DNA of 63,693 nucleotides, counting the filler, from an uncultured Methanosarcinales archaeon (GTDB lineage: Archaea > Nanobdellota > Nanobdellia > Woesearchaeales > CALCXY01): the NCBI GenBank assembly GCA_964385185.1. It is 4 parts of 4 records of this genome, joined end to end, with 100 filler letters (N's around TTAATTAATTAA, not from the genome) between each part and the next. Parts side by side here need not be neighbours in the genome. Positions count along the whole stretch, not along the records: positions 1 to 12,506 come from CAYLOA010000001.1; 3 more parts are not named here. One strand, given 5' to 3'. The translations under genes were made by a program, and so were the position numbers. The stretch's first letter is position 1. Each line of letters opens with the position of its first letter. The notes under the pieces were generated by a model. The model was not told where the DNA came from. It did not search any database and worked only from the letters and a program-made list of their open reading frames with translations. Positions 1-10,209 of this stretch are shown piece by piece.

Positions 1-2323
1 GTGAAAAAAATGAACCAGCCTGAATAGTATCCCATAAGAAAACCACTTGTTTTCCAAACAGCTTAACATTCGCAATAATACTAACTAACTTACAAATCTT
101 ACCTGCATAATCAAACACTTTCTGTAACATTCCAATGGTATCAAGAAGTGGACCACTTGCATCATCAATTGCTTCCTTAATCTCTTCTTTAAGCTTTACA
201 CTTACCTCACCTTGAGGAAAGTTACTAAATGGAATATCAACTTCAAATGTCTCCCGTTCAGGGAAAGCATTAACTGATGTTGAATCAATAGAAGCAATGA
301 TATCATATGAACAATTAACATTAAAAGATAAATCATCAGCAAAATCACTCTCAAATAAGTTAAAAGCTAACATAGTATCAAGAGAGGGAATAACTCCAGA
401 TTCATCTATATCCTCAATAAAAGGCAATCCTTCCCCTTCACAGCCCACAAAAGTAACATCTAAAGGAACAGCATCCACACCAACAGATTGCAGCTGCACT
501 GCACAAAACTCACGTTGACTAATAACTTCTGCAAACTGTCGATCAATAAAAGAAGGACTACAAGATACACGAGATTGAAAGAAATTAGGGTCAGGATCAT
601 CATTAATCTGAGATAAAAATATAGTTGCAGTCTCAGATACTGAATTTCCTGCAAAATCTTCAAATCGAACAACCAGCCTTCCATCTCTTGGACCACTGAC
701 CTCAATAGCAGGTGTCTCCCAACTACAAAAGAACTTATTTACAGTCCCATTAGCAACAGCCCTGCAATTTGCAATAGGTTCACTAACATCCCCAAAGATA
801 TCGGTAAACAACAAACCAGAAACAATGGTATCATCAGTAACATTTCCAAAGACAAACAATCTTTCCCCTTTAACAATCAATCCTTGAGGGATATCCAATT
901 GCGAAGGAATTTTCTTAACAAATAAATTCTCAATAATAGGGGGTTGTGTATCAGCAACGATATCAATACTTTTAACAGCTACAGCTGTATTCCCTAAATC
1001 ATCTTCAGTAGTCAAAGTAGTCCCAATAGTAACTCGTTGATTATGGGTCATAAACAAAGTTCGATTTGCCCACACACACCTTCCATCAACACAACTATCA
1101 GCTTTATCCGTAGCACTCAGCCCAACAGGACTTAAATCCAAAAACACATTGCCCTTATCAACACCAATAACATCATCAACTTGAGCAATAAAGCTCACCT
1201 TATTATCAACAATAAAAACTCCTCTAAACTCCCCTGTATCAGTAACCAATGAAGTAACAACAGGACCTACCCCATCTTTAGTAATAACACCTAAACTAAC
1301 ATCTTCAGAAAATAGATTTCCAGCTACATCTTCTCCTTTAACAGTAATAGTAGGAGATACTGTATCTTGAATAAGTGTAGTAAATTGCCAACGACAAGTA
1401 CTCAAATTACCTCCACGATCAACACACGAAGTAGCAGATATATCCCCTGGCTTACCAAGAGCACTTAATTCTGCTTTAACACTACTAAACACTAAATTAT
1501 TATCAGAAATATTCACTTCAAGCTCAACAGGAATAAAATTAGGACCTACAAACAACAACTTCTGACCAAGTGAATCCTTAAGCACACTTCCTTCAACATC
1601 AGGTATGGTTTGGTCTACAGAGAACGTTGCACAAGTAAGACTAGTACTTTCCAACCCTAATCGATCTCGAACTTTACCACAAACGGTAAACGTTCCATCA
1701 CCAGAAGGACTGCTAAAATCTTGAGTAATAGTTTGCACACATAGTGTCTCATCTAAATCAATCACCCCTAAACTCTCCCCTCCAAAATCGTTGTTAAACA
1801 ACTCAACTTCTCCCAACCCTACACAATTAGAGGGATTATCTTGAACCGTAAAAGAGAGTTCCACAATTGTTGAAGAAGTAAGCGAAGCATCAACACCAAA
1901 AGCTGTAAATTGTGGAGCTTGATCATCAACTTGGATTTGAGCAGAAGCTTTCTCTCCCGTAAATTGCCCATTATCATCAAACAATTGCACTTCATAGGTA
2001 AACACACCACTCGGAAGAACTGTCTGTTGACTACTGGTACACCGACTAGGATCTCCTGTATCTGCACAGGTGTCAAAGACTAAGAACGGTCCAGCACCGT
2101 TAACAAACGTCCTAATTTGATTCGGTGAAATCTGAGTATCTCCATCAACAGAAGCATCTACATCTAATTGTGTAACATCCACCCGTCCTCTAAATCCAGA
2201 AATATCATCTCCTCCTCGAATATTATCTAACGTGATTGAACTTGCAAATACGGAAGCCGAATACATAGGAAGAGTTATGACTAGCATAATCATCCATATT
2301 GCAACAAATTTCGTCTGCCTCAT
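1..2323 (-). CDS. Large secreted/surface protein (at least 774 aa, runs off the window start) with repeated beta-rich Ig-like segments; absent from the ORF track
   Basis: ATG at 2323 overlaps the upstream TGA (ATGA). My translation stays open to base 2: MRQTKFVAIWMIMLVITLPMYSASVFASSITLD...; signal peptide, recurrent DxxGN and D-x-x-x-P motifs, paired Cys. Confidence 0.85.
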   Translation of the reverse strand, partial: MRQTKFVAIWMIMLVITLPMYSASVFASSITLDNIRGGDDISGFRGRVDVTQLDVDASVDGDTQISPNQIRTFVNGAGPFLVFDTCADTGDPSRCTSSQQTVLPSGVFTYEVQLFDDNGQFTGEKASAQIQVDDQAPQFTAFGVDASLTSSTIVELSFTVQDNPSNCVGLGEVELFNNDFGGESLGVIDLDETLCVQTITQDFSSPSGDGTFTVCGKVRDRLGLESTSLTCATFSVDQTIPDVEGSVLKDSLGQKLLFVGPNFIPVELEVNISDNNLVFSSVKAELSALGKPGDISATSCVDRGGNLSTCRWQFTTLIQDTVSPTITVKGEDVAGNLFSEDVSLGVITKDGVGPVVTSLVTDTGEFRGVFIVDNKVSFIAQVDDVIGVDKGNVFLDLSPVGLSATDKADSCVDGRCVWANRTLFMTHNQRVTIGTTLTTEDDLGNTAVAVKSIDIVADTQPPIIENLFVKKIPSQLDIPQGLIVKGERLFVFGNVTDDTIVSGLLFTDIFGDVSEPIANCRAVANGTVNKFFCSWETPAIEVSGPRDGRLVVRFEDFAGNSVSETATIFLSQINDDPDPNFFQSRVSCSPSFIDRQFAEVISQREFCAVQLQSVGVDAVPLDVTFVGCEGEGLPFIEDIDESGVIPSLDTMLAFNLFESDFADDLSFNVNCSYDIIASIDSTSVNAFPERETFEVDIPFSNFPQGEVSVKLKEEIKEAIDDASGPLLDTIGMLQKVFDYAGKICKLVSIIANVKLFGKQVVFLWDTIQAGSFFS

Positions 2324-4401
2324 GTAATCCTCGGGAATACTAATGTTCTATAAATAAACGAATACGTATCCATTTCAGCAAAAATACTAATATCACTCAG
2401 TTCCAACTCTTCAGGGTCTGATCCTGCTAAATCTGCATATAACACAACAAAAGTAATTTTATTCTTTTGTAAATCGCTTTGAGTAACACCAAAAGGAATA
2501 TCTACCCCTCCAACTGGCCTAGTCTTATTGAGAGGAACCTCAATTAATTGTGTTCCTGTACAAGTTCCAAACAAATTCCTATCCACACATATTTGTTTCC
2601 TGAATACATAAGGTGCATCCGTTGTCAACGTCCCTTCAACCTTATACATTCCAGGATGTAATCTAATTGTATTATCTTCACTAGGGAAATCTGCTATAGT
2701 AGTAAACTCACCCTCCCCTTCACTTGCTGTCCTTTCCAATATCAACAGAACAGAATCATTCTTTAACAAAGGCAGAGGTCTTGGATCAATAACCCAACTT
2801 CCTGCTTGCTTCACCAATCGATATTTAATAACATCATATTCGATATCATAGAATCCATTTAATTCAACATTAACACTATCCTCTTTATCAAGCTCAGTTG
2901 AAAACAACACTTCATTTCGAAGATAGTCAGGATGTGTAAACACAACAGATCCTCCTAAACAGACAGGAAACTGTCCATGGACTCCACCATTTTCATCAGT
3001 ATTTTCAATAAAACAACCTTCGCCTGCACAATTATAGGTAACAGCTACATCTTCAATCCCTTCGCCAAGAGCGTCCTTAACAGTCACACTAATATTACCT
3101 GAATTTCTTTTGTTAAAATCACACACCTGAGTACCACCTGTGGCAGTAGCAGCTTCTAAATGTAAAAATTCTGAGGTCATAGGTTCATTATTTCTAATAT
3201 TACTCTCCAACATATACTGGAACTTGTATCCTTGACCATTAAACGCCTCAGGATCCTCTATTTCAACAAGAGTCGGCCAACTAATGTCATAAAAGAAATT
3301 ATATCTCTGTATCCCAATATAAGGAAAGAAATCTACTCCTAATGATTCTGGTTCACACAATTCACCATTACAATTAAGGTGAAAATACATATCCCACCAA
3401 TCTAAGTAAGAAAAGTGAATATTATACAAAGGACTAAATTCTGAACCAGGTACCCTATATCCTTGATTGTAAATAGTCTCTTGAATTCTATCTCCCACAA
3501 CACTTACTTCTTCATAATTTCGAGCATCAAATACCTGCAAAGCTTGAATATATATACTAATAATAGTTTGTACCTTCTGAGCTACCTCTGATTTCCTCCA
3601 CTGCTCATTAGAACCAAAGTTAAACGTAGCATGAGTCATAGGAGGCAATTCACCCTCACCCAATCCTGTATACGGTACAAGAGTATTGAGCATAGCTTTT
3701 TCGATATATCCTTGATCAATCTCTAAGTTGGACAAAATAGTAGCTTGCTCATACATATTTTGTAATTGAATAGGCATTCGATATGCAAATTCTTCTATTT
3801 TCCTACTACCCACTGCTGTAACTAATAACGGATAATCAACAATAAACAAAATATCATTTTTAGTAACACTGGTTGTTGTATCCACAGGTCCTTGAGGTTC
3901 AATAGTAAATCCTTCATCTGCAAGGAGGGAAAATCCTTCCAAACATGCTTCTAAATTATCATTAACATACGTATCCAACTGACCTTCAATACTTGGCTCA
4001 CCATCTTTTCTATACAGTGCAGGTCTTTCACTGTCAAACTGACAGTTTCCTAGACAATTATTATCACTGCTCATGTAATACCAATACGGAATATACACTC
4101 CAGATCCAGGTGGCATCTCCACCATTTCACCATCAGTTGCAATAATATCAGCGCTAACTCCAGCTCCTAAAGGATCAGTATAACCACCTTGCAATCCTAT
4201 CTTAATGACACCATCAGTAGCAACCTGTTCTATACAGTTCTGCACATAATTTCCAATAGGTTGAAACTCTACGGGAATATCAGCAATCCTTGGCTCGAAC
4301 ACACCAATACCTGTATTAAAGTCTATGAAAAACAATCCAGCTCCGATTACAATAACAGCGCCAAGTATGGCAAAGAGTGTTATCTGACCTTTACTTTTCA
4401 T
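2320..4401 (-). CDS. Class III (type IV pilin-like) signal peptide surface protein, 693 aa, with a probable carboxypeptidase-regulatory-like beta domain
   Basis: N-terminus MKSKG/QITLFAILGAVIVIG; paired Cys; segment ISVTVKDALGEGIEDVAV. Confidence 0.75.
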   Translation of the reverse strand: MKSKGQITLFAILGAVIVIGAGLFFIDFNTGIGVFEPRIADIPVEFQPIGNYVQNCIEQVATDGVIKIGLQGGYTDPLGAGVSADIIATDGEMVEMPPGSGVYIPYWYYMSSDNNCLGNCQFDSERPALYRKDGEPSIEGQLDTYVNDNLEACLEGFSLLADEGFTIEPQGPVDTTTSVTKNDILFIVDYPLLVTAVGSRKIEEFAYRMPIQLQNMYEQATILSNLEIDQGYIEKAMLNTLVPYTGLGEGELPPMTHATFNFGSNEQWRKSEVAQKVQTIISIYIQALQVFDARNYEEVSVVGDRIQETIYNQGYRVPGSEFSPLYNIHFSYLDWWDMYFHLNCNGELCEPESLGVDFFPYIGIQRYNFFYDISWPTLVEIEDPEAFNGQGYKFQYMLESNIRNNEPMTSEFLHLEAATATGGTQVCDFNKRNSGNISVTVKDALGEGIEDVAVTYNCAGEGCFIENTDENGGVHGQFPVCLGGSVVFTHPDYLRNEVLFSTELDKEDSVNVELNGFYDIEYDVIKYRLVKQAGSWVIDPRPLPLLKNDSVLLILERTASEGEGEFTTIADFPSEDNTIRLHPGMYKVEGTLTTDAPYVFRKQICVDRNLFGTCTGTQLIEVPLNKTRPVGGVDIPFGVTQSDLQKNKITFVVLYADLAGSDPEELELSDISIFAEMDTYSFIYRTLVFPRIT

Positions 4402-4543
4402 GTTTCCTCCCTAATTTGATTAATTTTTCAATATAATTAGAAAGTTTCATGGTTCTTTCATCACATTCTTTCTCTAGAAAATCAACAAGCTCATCGCTCA
4501 GCGTAATAGAAACCCTCTTTTTTGTTACTGGTCCTTTAGGCAT
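4391..4543 (-). CDS. Ribbon-helix-helix (CopG/Arc/MetJ-like) DNA-binding protein, 50 aa; absent from the ORF track
   Basis: MPKGPVTKKRVSITLSDELVDFLEKECDERTMKLSNYIEKLIKLGRKHEK*; RVSITL ribbon followed by two helices; overlaps the start of the next gene. Confidence 0.8.
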   Translation of the reverse strand: MPKGPVTKKRVSITLSDELVDFLEKECDERTMKLSNYIEKLIKLGRKHEK

Positions 4544-4563
4544 TATATATTCAGCACCATATT

Positions 4564-4630
4564 AAAGTATGATTTATCTTACTTATACCATAAGTACTAA
4601 CTTTAATACTTATGCTATAAATCATACTTT
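4564..4630. promoter_or_regulatory. Nested inverted repeats, probable operator of the RHH operon
   Basis: AAAGTATGATTTAT (4564-4577) / ATAAATCATACTTT (4617-4630) perfect 14 bp; inner CATAAGTA / TACTTATG. Confidence 0.55.
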
Positions 4631-4642
4631 TACCACCCACTA

Positions 4643-4657
4643 TATTTAAAGCTTTCG
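4643..4657 (-). promoter_or_regulatory. BRE-TATA promoter of the RHH/surface-protein operon
   Basis: Minus strand CGAAAGC-TTTAAATA. Confidence 0.55.
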
Positions 4658-4672
4658 CTAAACATCGAACAA

Positions 4673-4727
4673 CGAAAACTAAAGAGTAGTTTTCGGAATT
4701 GAAAATCCTACTAAGATTTTCAATAAA
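4673..4727 (+). repeat. Dispersed double-hairpin element, copy A
   Basis: CGAAAACTA-aagag-TAGTTTTCG then GA-ATTGAAAATC-ctactaa-GATTTTCAAT-AAA; shares its core with 24909-24980 and 57802-57871. Confidence 0.6.
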
Positions 4728-4869
4728 TTACTGTTTACCCCATACACATTTCTAGAATTTTGATATATAAATGTTACTATGCGCTCCCGAATAAAAGAGT
4801 ATATACATTATATTGTAATTATTATAATCAAGTATCCATTTCACTATACTAAGAGGTTGGGAGAATACA

Positions 4870-5523
4870 ATGGAATCAGAAAATCAAGAACAAATTATAC
4901 CACTCATAGATAAACCATCTACATTTCAAGATAGGATATGCAAACTCTACGGTACTCATAAACCTAAAGCAATCGTAACTCCAGAATCACAGCGTATATT
5001 AAGAGAATTGGGTCCCTATTTTATGGAGTCTGCATATGAAGTTGAAGAAGGTGGACATACATTGAGAATTAATGGGTACACTCCAAATCAAAATATTGCA
5101 ACAACAGCGTTAGAACAACATTTTGGAACGGATTTTATATTTCACCCTATCCATAAAAAACTTGAAAATATTGAAGCAGAATTGGAGATCAAAAAAGAAG
5201 TGGCAGATGTAGGTGCAATCTATAGAATAGCACCACTCGACGATCTACAACTTTCAGATCCGTATATTCATTTACTTAATGCAAATGTAGAAGACCGACC
5301 TTTCCTAAGTGCGTGTCTTGATATGTTGGAAGAAGAGTCTGCAAATTGGTTCGGAGAAGGATTCGATACCAACAATCTTCCCACTTCACCTTTCATCCCC
5401 ACGAGGGTAATCACAGCAAAGGCACAAGAATTAGGATTAGAATCAAAAATCCCCCTGTATATTGATTCAGCCGACAAACTTGACGATACACTGAGATGGT
5501 TATATTCTGAAGAAGCAAGTTAA
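4870..5523 (+). CDS. Hypothetical protein, 217 aa
   Basis: Long ORF in an intergenic slot with GGAG upstream; no motif recognised. Confidence 0.65.
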   Translation: MESENQEQIIPLIDKPSTFQDRICKLYGTHKPKAIVTPESQRILRELGPYFMESAYEVEEGGHTLRINGYTPNQNIATTALEQHFGTDFIFHPIHKKLENIEAELEIKKEVADVGAIYRIAPLDDLQLSDPYIHLLNANVEDRPFLSACLDMLEEESANWFGEGFDTNNLPTSPFIPTRVITAKAQELGLESKIPLYIDSADKLDDTLRWLYSEEAS

Positions 5524-6695
5524 AGACTAAGCTTCCTAATCCTATCAGCTGCATCTTTAATCTCTTGCATAGTAGGTACTAAAGCAAATCTAACATATCC
5601 TTCTCCCGGATTAACTGAATCTACTTCATTACTAATTGCAACACCAGGAGTTGCAACCAAAGCAATCTTAGGATCTAACAACTTAGTAGCAAAATCTAAA
5701 CTTCCTAAACCTTCTTTTAACTTCTGCCAAAGGTAAATAGTCCCTTTAGGCATCGAATTAGGTAAACCAATACTTTCCAAAGCACTAGAAATAATCTCAG
5801 CTTTCTTCTTATAATCAGCATTAAATGCATCAACATGAGCTTCATCAGCCAAAGCAGCTCCTGCTGCATCCTGGATGAAAGTAGCAGTCCCTGAATCCAT
5901 ATTGGTCTTCAATTTTTTAAAACCATCAATGATTCTTTCATCACCCATTAACCATCCTGCTCGATATCCCGTCATAGCACTTCTTTTAGACATTGAATGA
6001 AAAGCAACAATACCTTCTCGTTCAACTTCCAATATACTCAAAGGTTTTTCATCAAAATAATTCTCAATATAAGCTTCATCACTACAAATAATAACATTGT
6101 TATCTTGACCAAAATCAACAGCCTCTTTGTAAAATGCCTTAGTTGCCATAGTAGTAGTAGGATTATTAGGATAATTCAACCATAACACCTTAGATTTCTT
6201 CACAATATCTTTTGGAACCTTGTCCAATTCAGGAAAAAAACCATTTTCCTCAGTCAAATTCATGAAATGAACTTTTCCCTCAGCAAATAAGGTCCCTCGT
6301 TCCCAAGGAGGATAACCAGGATTAGGCACTAATACATAATCTCCAGGATTTACAAATGCCTCTGGAAAATTAAAAATAGCTTCCTTACTTCCTATAGTAC
6401 TACAGATCTCTTTATCAACATCTAAACTAATTCGAAATCGTTTATCACAGAATTTAGCAATACTATCTCTAAAACTTTGATCTCCAATATAAGAAGGATA
6501 TCCATAATCTTTCCGTTTATCAACAGCTCTTTTACAATAGTTACGAATATTTCCAGGAGTAGGATCCTTTGGATCTCCCACACCAAAATCAATAACGGGT
6601 GCTCCAGATTTCTTTAACTCGCCTACTTTTTTATCAATCTCGGCAAAAGCGTATCCACTTAAAGCCTTAATCCGATCACTTGCTTCTATTTTCAT
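5520..6695 (-). CDS. dapL: PLP-dependent class I/II aminotransferase, probable LL-diaminopimelate aminotransferase
   Basis: GVGDP, NYPNNPT, DEAY, SMSKRSAMTGYRAG motifs; lies in the DAP cluster; ATG 6695 preferred over TTG 6713. Confidence 0.8.
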   Translation of the reverse strand: MKIEASDRIKALSGYAFAEIDKKVGELKKSGAPVIDFGVGDPKDPTPGNIRNYCKRAVDKRKDYGYPSYIGDQSFRDSIAKFCDKRFRISLDVDKEICSTIGSKEAIFNFPEAFVNPGDYVLVPNPGYPPWERGTLFAEGKVHFMNLTEENGFFPELDKVPKDIVKKSKVLWLNYPNNPTTTMATKAFYKEAVDFGQDNNVIICSDEAYIENYFDEKPLSILEVEREGIVAFHSMSKRSAMTGYRAGWLMGDERIIDGFKKLKTNMDSGTATFIQDAAGAALADEAHVDAFNADYKKKAEIISSALESIGLPNSMPKGTIYLWQKLKEGLGSLDFATKLLDPKIALVATPGVAISNEVDSVNPGEGYVRFALVPTMQEIKDAADRIRKLSL

Positions 6696-6782
6696 CTGAT
6701 TAATTCTAATCAAGAACTAACTTATAAATGTTGTTGATATGGGATACAAATATTTATAAAAGACCCTCATGTTCCAACAATC

Positions 6783-7028
6783 ATGAGAAAAAGAAATACA
6801 TTTGGAACAAGTTTTGCCTTAGGTCTGTATCAATTAATACAACCAAAAATTACGGTCGGTATCAACATACAATCAGTAAATCCTAATGTTCATATAAATA
6901 TTGATCTGAGAAAACGTATAGAATATCACAAAGACCCCATTAAACAAGCATATCTATCTGGAATAGCAAATGACCAGTACCAAAGAACTCATAAAAAAAG
7001 AAGACAATTATACCACAATTTTGATTAA
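6783..7028 (+). CDS. Possible small basic hypothetical protein, 81 aa
   Basis: Fills the dapF-dapL gap on the opposite strand, with a TTTATAAA box about 25-30 nt upstream; no motif. Confidence 0.35.
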   Translation: MRKRNTFGTSFALGLYQLIQPKITVGINIQSVNPNVHINIDLRKRIEYHKDPIKQAYLSGIANDQYQRTHKKRRQLYHNFD

Positions 7029-7837
7029 TACTCACCAGTAAATACTATCTCAGCAGGTCCAGTCATATACACATGATTATCTTTCTCATTCCATTCAATC
7101 TCTAAATCCCCACCAATTAAATGAACAGTTACTTTTCGACCAGATTTCTTATTCAAAACTCCTGCCACAGCTGCTGCACAAGCACCAGTACCACAAGCCA
7201 TAGTAACTCCTGCTCCTCTTTCCCACACTTGCATCCCTAATTCTTTATCGTTAATAACTTCGATAAATTCAACATTAGTTTTCTGAGGAAATAACTTGTG
7301 CTCTTCAATAGCTTTTCCAATACGTGAAACAGGAAAATTAAATGAATCTACAAAAACAACAGCATGTGGATTTCCCATACTTACTGCAGTAATATTATAA
7401 CATTTTTCACCGACTTCTAGAGGAAAATTAACTAACTCACCTTTCTCAGTTGTAGGAATCTTCTCAGCATCCAAAATTGGTTCACCCATATCAACTTTAA
7501 TCATACCATTTAAAATTTTAGGTTTAATGATTCCAGCTAACGTTTCAATCTCTAACTCTTTTTTCTCAGTAAGCCCTTGATCAACAACATACCTTGCAAA
7601 ACCTCGAACACCGTTTCCACACATTTCTGCCTCTGATCCATCTGAATTAAAAATTCTCATCTTAAAATCAGCTTTGTCACTTTTATCAACTAAGATAATA
7701 CCATCACTACCAATACCAAAATGTCTATCAGACATCTTTCTAGCTAACTCTGGTAGTTCTTTTTCATCAAGCTTTTCTTCCATAGCGTTGATAAAAAGAT
7801 AATCATTTCCTAGTCCGTGTATTTTTACAAATTTCAT
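7025..7837 (-). CDS. dapF: Diaminopimelate epimerase
   Basis: HGLGNDY, NSDGSEAEMCGNG, MGNPH, ERGAGVTMACGTG. Confidence 0.97.
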   Translation of the reverse strand: MKFVKIHGLGNDYLFINAMEEKLDEKELPELARKMSDRHFGIGSDGIILVDKSDKADFKMRIFNSDGSEAEMCGNGVRGFARYVVDQGLTEKKELEIETLAGIIKPKILNGMIKVDMGEPILDAEKIPTTEKGELVNFPLEVGEKCYNITAVSMGNPHAVVFVDSFNFPVSRIGKAIEEHKLFPQKTNVEFIEVINDKELGMQVWERGAGVTMACGTGACAAAVAGVLNKKSGRKVTVHLIGGDLEIEWNEKDNHVYMTGPAEIVFTGEY

Positions 7838-7860
7838 AGTCTTTCGAAATCCCTCATCAT

Positions 7861-9102
7861 TTAAATAAGTTGTCCTCTGATAACATCCTTATAGGTTTCA
7901 GCAGCTCGAACTAACTCCATCTTACCATTTTTAACCATGACTTCAGCAGGTCTCCCTCGAGTATTATACTGCGAAGCCATAGTATAACCATACGCTCCTG
8001 CATTACCGATTGCTAACACATCACCTTCTGAAATGGTAGGCAAACTCCGACTTTTTACACCATCTTCATCTCTTGTAAACGTATCACAACTCTCACAGAT
8101 GTTTCCAGCAATAACAATATCTTCCTTTTTGCCGTTCATATGTGAAGCATTATAAATTTCATGATACGCACCATACATTGCAGGTCGTAATAAATGATGA
8201 AATCCAGTGTCCACTCCTGCAAACTTAAACTTAGGTGTTGATTTCAAAGTATTCACAGTACAGAGTAAAAATCCAGCCTCTGCTACAAACCATCGTCCAT
8301 TTTCAAAAATCATCTCTAACTCTTTTCCATAGTCTTTGCAAAATTCTGTAAATATCTTACTCACTTTCTTACCATATTCATTAATATCGAACATTTTTTC
8401 ATCAGGACTATATACAACTCCAATCCCTCCTCCAAAGTCAACAAACTCCAGAGTATCAAATTCTTTAGCAACGCCTAATAAAATATCCATTGCCTTGTAA
8501 AATTGATCAGGTTTCAAATACCTACTTCCAACGTGCATATGTAATCCAATAACTGTTAAATCAAACTCCTCTGCTATCTTTTTAATCTCATCAACTTTAT
8601 CGTGATAGACTCCAAACTTTGAATCAGGACCGCCCGTAACAACATGTCCATGAAATCCTGCACCAAATTCTGGGTTGATTCTAATGCTACACTTTCCGCC
8701 TTTGTTCAACTTCCCATATCTAGTCATCTCAGAAAGTGAATCCATATTCATAACGACACCAGCATCAATTGCCTCTTGCAATTCTTCATCGGTGGGAGCA
8801 GTAGCGGTAAATAAAATATCTTCAGGCTTAAATCCAATATCTAATGCTAGTTGCATCTCGCCAACACTAACAACATCCAATCCTACTCCTTTCTCAAGTA
8901 ACTTCTTCATAACTACAGCATTAGTATTAGCTTTACAAGCAAACAATAATTTCTTCTTACCATACGTAATAGCTTTATCTAATTCATCATACTTTTGAAG
9001 AATTACGTCTTCCTCATAAACATAGCAAGGACTACCAAACTTCTTAACAATCTCTTCAGCAGATACGCCCCCTAAAACCAGTTTGTCGTCTTTTGTTTCC
9101 AT
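7861..9102 (-). CDS. lysA: Diaminopimelate decarboxylase
   Basis: FACKAN (PLP Lys), SKFG, HMHVGS, DFGGG, GNICESCD, GAYG. Confidence 0.95.
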   Translation of the reverse strand: METKDDKLVLGGVSAEEIVKKFGSPCYVYEEDVILQKYDELDKAITYGKKKLLFACKANTNAVVMKKLLEKGVGLDVVSVGEMQLALDIGFKPEDILFTATAPTDEELQEAIDAGVVMNMDSLSEMTRYGKLNKGGKCSIRINPEFGAGFHGHVVTGGPDSKFGVYHDKVDEIKKIAEEFDLTVIGLHMHVGSRYLKPDQFYKAMDILLGVAKEFDTLEFVDFGGGIGVVYSPDEKMFDINEYGKKVSKIFTEFCKDYGKELEMIFENGRWFVAEAGFLLCTVNTLKSTPKFKFAGVDTGFHHLLRPAMYGAYHEIYNASHMNGKKEDIVIAGNICESCDTFTRDEDGVKSRSLPTISEGDVLAIGNAGAYGYTMASQYNTRGRPAEVMVKNGKMELVRAAETYKDVIRGQLI

Positions 9103-9150
9103 GTTTCTTAGAATGACCAAGTTCCTGAACCTTTTTAAGTCTTGTGGATG

Positions 9151-10209
9151 TTAAATATACTTTTTAGCTTTCAGCAATTCAGCTACCAAAATAGCACCAC
9201 CTGCAGCTCCTCGAATAGTATTATGACTTAAAGCTACAAACTTCCAACCTAAAATCTCATCCTTCCGTAATCTACCTACTGTAATCCCCATCCCATCAGA
9301 ATAATCTCTTTCATCATGAGTTTGAGGTCTATCATCTTCAGGACAATACTTAATTAATTGCTTTGGTGCACTAGGTAAATCCATCCCACTCAAAGGGTTA
9401 TATGATTCCAATCGAGTAATAAAATCCTTCTCGCTCATTTCTTTACCTAATTCCATAGCGACACTTGCCATATGACCATCGCTAACCGGTACTCGAATAC
9501 AGGTAGCACTAATAATGGGGCTACTTGCCTCTTCAATTTTCCCGTTAACTACATTCCCAAGAATCTTCATGGGTTCTCTCTCAGATTTCTCTTCCTCTCC
9601 ACCAATAAATGGAATAACATTATCGACCATCTCTGGCCAAGTTTTAAAGGTCTTACCCGCTCCCGAGATCGCTTGTAATGTAGTGACTTCTACCTTTTGA
9701 ACATCAAAGGGTTCCAAAGCACTAATAACAGGCACATAACTTTGCAAACTACAGTTAGGCTTTACAGCCAATAAACCTTTCCACCCTCGCTTTTTCCGTT
9801 GAGCATCAATAAGTATAACATGTTCAGGATTAATCTCTGGCATAATCATAGGGACATCTTCAGTCCACCGATGAGCACTGTTGTTCGAAACAACGGCAAC
9901 ATGCTCTGCAAATGATTCCTCCAAAGCTCGAATGCTATCTTTATCCATATCAACAGCACTAAAAACCAGGTCAACCTCATTCACCATGGAATCTACATCT
10001 TGACAGGTCTTAACAAGTAACTTCCCAACAGCAGAAGGAATCCCTCCTGGCATACACCATCTGCCTTTAACAGCTTCAGCATATGTCTTTCCAGCACTTT
10101 GAGAACTAGCAGCAACTGCAACTACTTCAAACCAAGGATGTCCTTCTAATAAACTGACAAACCTCTGTCCAACCATTCCGGTTGCTCCCAAAATTCCTGT
10201 TTTTATCAT
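9151..10209 (-). CDS. asd: Aspartate-semialdehyde dehydrogenase
   Basis: GATGMVGQ, PNCS, QAISGAG, RVPVSDGH, HNTIRGAAG. Confidence 0.97.
   Translation of the reverse strand: MIKTGILGATGMVGQRFVSLLEGHPWFEVVAVAASSQSAGKTYAEAVKGRWCMPGGIPSAVGKLLVKTCQDVDSMVNEVDLVFSAVDMDKDSIRALEESFAEHVAVVSNNSAHRWTEDVPMIMPEINPEHVILIDAQRKKRGWKGLLAVKPNCSLQSYVPVISALEPFDVQKVEVTTLQAISGAGKTFKTWPEMVDNVIPFIGGEEEKSEREPMKILGNVVNGKIEEASSPIISATCIRVPVSDGHMASVAMELGKEMSEKDFITRLESYNPLSGMDLPSAPKQLIKYCPEDDRPQTHDERDYSDGMGITVGRLRKDEILGWKFVALSHNTIRGAAGGAILVAELLKAKKYI

Noticed and set aside
297..2076. ORF-track entries 297-518, 460-705 and 1819-2076
   Set aside because: Shadow frames inside the long minus-strand gene starting at 2323.
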